Part shown: one piece after another, positions 61,773 to 64,000 of the stretch
How positions within the stretch are numbered: position 1 is the first letter of the stretch
Layout: the number at the start of each line of letters is the position of its first letter
DNA from: Amoebophrya sp. A120
Taxonomy: Eukaryota > Protista > Dinoflagellata
Reading direction: 5' to 3'
Length of the DNA: 64,000 bases
NCBI GenBank assembly: GCA_905178155.1
Contig: CAJINV010000011.1
Location: forward strand, 1,509,216-1,573,215
Position numbers and translations under genes: made by a program
Notes under the pieces: generated by a model
Seen by the model: the letters and a program-made list of their open reading frames with translations, nothing else
Told to the model about the DNA's origin: nothing
The model's database searches: none

Positions 61773-62717
61773 ACATGTCCGTCGCGTCCGCGGTCTACCG
61801 CGGTGGGAAGTAGGGGCGGGAGCGTGATGGTGGATCTTCACACGACCAGGAGGTTTGTGGATGAAGACAGGAGAATTTGTCATGAATTGAAAAATGATGA
61901 ACCCAAAGACAAGGCACAACCGAAGAACACCACCAGCTTTGCCAATCAACGTAACATTATGCAACGTATACCTTCCAGTTTCAACGTCGATTTGAGACTC
62001 TTAGAATTAAATGCTACCAATTTATTATATCGCAAAGTCAGCAAAAGATGAGAGATGTCTGAATGAATCAATAATGTGCTACATCAAAGAGGAGAGTTGT
62101 CGATAAAGCTGAATCGCTAACACAGACAGCGATTGCGATGAGCATCTACAAATGTACTTCTACAGAGAACTACCGTTTTCAAACTAAATGCTCCAAAACG
62201 AACTCTATTCTGGCTACTTGTACAATGATGTCAAGAATAAAAATGTATCATGGAACTTCTGTTGCTCGTTTGCTTTCTTGCAGCCTGTGCCCCTGTGCAC
62301 GAGCACGACTTATTTTCCACGACTGTCGAGAATTATGATCATGATGTTGTTCTTGTTCTTCTAGATGTTGTCACAATTTTTCGTGCGATTTTTACTCATG
62401 AATCTGTCCGCGCTCATCTCTGAAAAGTACTGTGCCGTCGTGTTTGGTGAACTTTTAGTATAGTACGAGGAGCGAGGGAAAGAAGCAAGACTCACGACGT
62501 GCCTACGCACGTGGCCAAAGGGATGAAAAGGAGACAAAATCGCGCAGAGCTGTCAAAACTTTGCGTTGTTGAGTGGTCAAAAACTGAAATTGATGATTCA
62601 AACAAAGGCCAAAGAAATAAATCTGAAGTCGAACAACAAAGGGGGCTGCAGTATTAAGAGAAGCTGCAACTAACTGGTGCTGTAGACGAGATCTTCTGCA
62701 GAGCATCAACGTACTAA

Positions 62718-64000
62718 ATGGCAGATCGTCTCCAGCTGCTGCGAAAAAAGCACCCCACTTTGGGGTCGCCTGATGTGAAATCTTCCAAAAAGCCAAAGAC
62801 AGAAGGACAAGTGGTGGAGCAAGAAGGTGGCGTAACGCAAGGACAACAACCACCTCCTGATCAAGCACCACCCGAACGACCGCAAAGCAACCTGTTCGGA
62901 GCTGGCTTCGGGAGCCATCCCGATGCAGCTTCTGGGGCGACATCCTCTTCCTCGTCAAGCTCAAATGTTCTCGCAGCAGCAGGTCCTTCTGCCACCGTGT
63001 CTTCCTCTTCGTCCTCGAATCGCGGCCCAGGGAGCAGGGGACTACAGCCTAATGCTCCACATTCCGCTGGAGATCATCGAGGCGATCCTGGTACAACTCG
63101 CGGTCGACCGCGTTCTGCTTCCGCAAGGAATCGAGATCCAGCCGCTCGAGCCGCCGCCACTTCAGCTCGACCAGGGAACCAAAGCGCAAGACCAGCACGG
63201 GAGCCGACGCCGACCGGGCCTAGGACTGCTCTAGTTGTTCCGGATATCCTCGCCGACCGCGCGAAGCCGGTGCGGACGGAGCTGGCTACTAAATTACCCC
63301 CGCGGAAGGATCAAGTGGTGGTTTCCGCGCCGCAAAAAGTGAAGTTCACGGTGGATTCACGCATCGACACCGGGCTGCGCGGGGACTGGAAGAGCAAATT
63401 GGATGAAAGCCGGGCGCGGTCCAGGGACCGCTCTAGGATCATCGAAGAGCACATCCAGGGGCAGAAATTCGTCCCAGTGCGAGCACCTAGTCGGGAGAGG
63501 GACGAGAGCCAGTTTTGGAGAAGCCGGAACCACAGGGGGGATGCAAGTCACTTGGAAAGCAGTAGACCTGGCGGTGACAATTCCTCACACAACGAGGAGG
63601 TTTTTGTCTCCCCGCAGCAGTCCCCGGAGCAGAACCAACAGGGAGAAATAGGTGAACGCGAAGACCAAGCAGCGCAACAAGCGGAAGAGCGCAGCGTAAA
63701 TCTCGGCTCTTTTTTTGCACGCCAGAACAATCCGGCGGATGATGATGACGTTAAGATGGGCGACAGCCACGATTTCGTCGAGGCGAATGCGAATGTATCA
63801 TCTCTGGCAGCAGCAGCATCGGGAGATGAACCAGCTGCCGGACCGGGTGCGGCGAATGATCAACATGTTGAGCAACATCATTCCGAAGGCCGTTCCGTTG
63901 CACCGCCACCGTCAACAGGTGCACAAGCCACCTCATCCTCGTCCGCGGGACAACATCAAACCGTCGACACCGACGACCTGAATCCGTTCTACGTGATGCC
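62718..64000 (+). CDS. 3'-partial low-complexity protein (MADRLQLLRKKHP...)
   Basis: Frame from ATG 62718 appears open to the window end (absent from the ORF track, presumably for lack of a stop); composition like the other genes. Confidence 0.6.
   Translation, partial: MADRLQLLRKKHPTLGSPDVKSSKKPKTEGQVVEQEGGVTQGQQPPPDQAPPERPQSNLFGAGFGSHPDAASGATSSSSSSSNVLAAAGPSATVSSSSSSNRGPGSRGLQPNAPHSAGDHRGDPGTTRGRPRSASARNRDPAARAAATSARPGNQSARPAREPTPTGPRTALVVPDILADRAKPVRTELATKLPPRKDQVVVSAPQKVKFTVDSRIDTGLRGDWKSKLDESRARSRDRSRIIEEHIQGQKFVPVRAPSRERDESQFWRSRNHRGDASHLESSRPGGDNSSHNEEVFVSPQQSPEQNQQGEIGEREDQAAQQAEERSVNLGSFFARQNNPADDDDVKMGDSHDFVEANANVSSLAAAASGDEPAAGPGAANDQHVEQHHSEGRSVAPPPSTGAQATSSSSAGQHQTVDTDDLNPFYVM

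Overview
Eukaryotic, gene-dense window with about 12 protein genes, all on the + strand. Unidirectional clustering, low-complexity proteins and mass non-canonical introns suggest the parasitic dinoflagellate Amoebophrya (Syndiniales); this is inferred, not verified. The dominant hidden structure is about 23 MITE-like inserts, mostly 146-443 bp, all inside coding exons. Nearly all start TAT and end ATA, carry imperfect terminal inverted repeats and usually a 5-bp target duplication, and mostly lack GT-AG ends. Removing them rejoins reading frames and restores conserved motifs (AFG1 and YdcZ C-termini, a CCCH-type finger), so they behave as precisely removed 'introner' introns, and same-family copies occur in both orientations. 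One gene (10783-22921) holds 12-13 of them. It also has two larger inserts flanked by 46-55 bp exon duplications that supply GT/AG ends; one carries a truncated tyrosine recombinase, the other a mosaic of captured genomic fragments. Also present: a foldback element, two hAT-like elements and GC-skewed repeat relics. All coordinates and frames were derived by hand.
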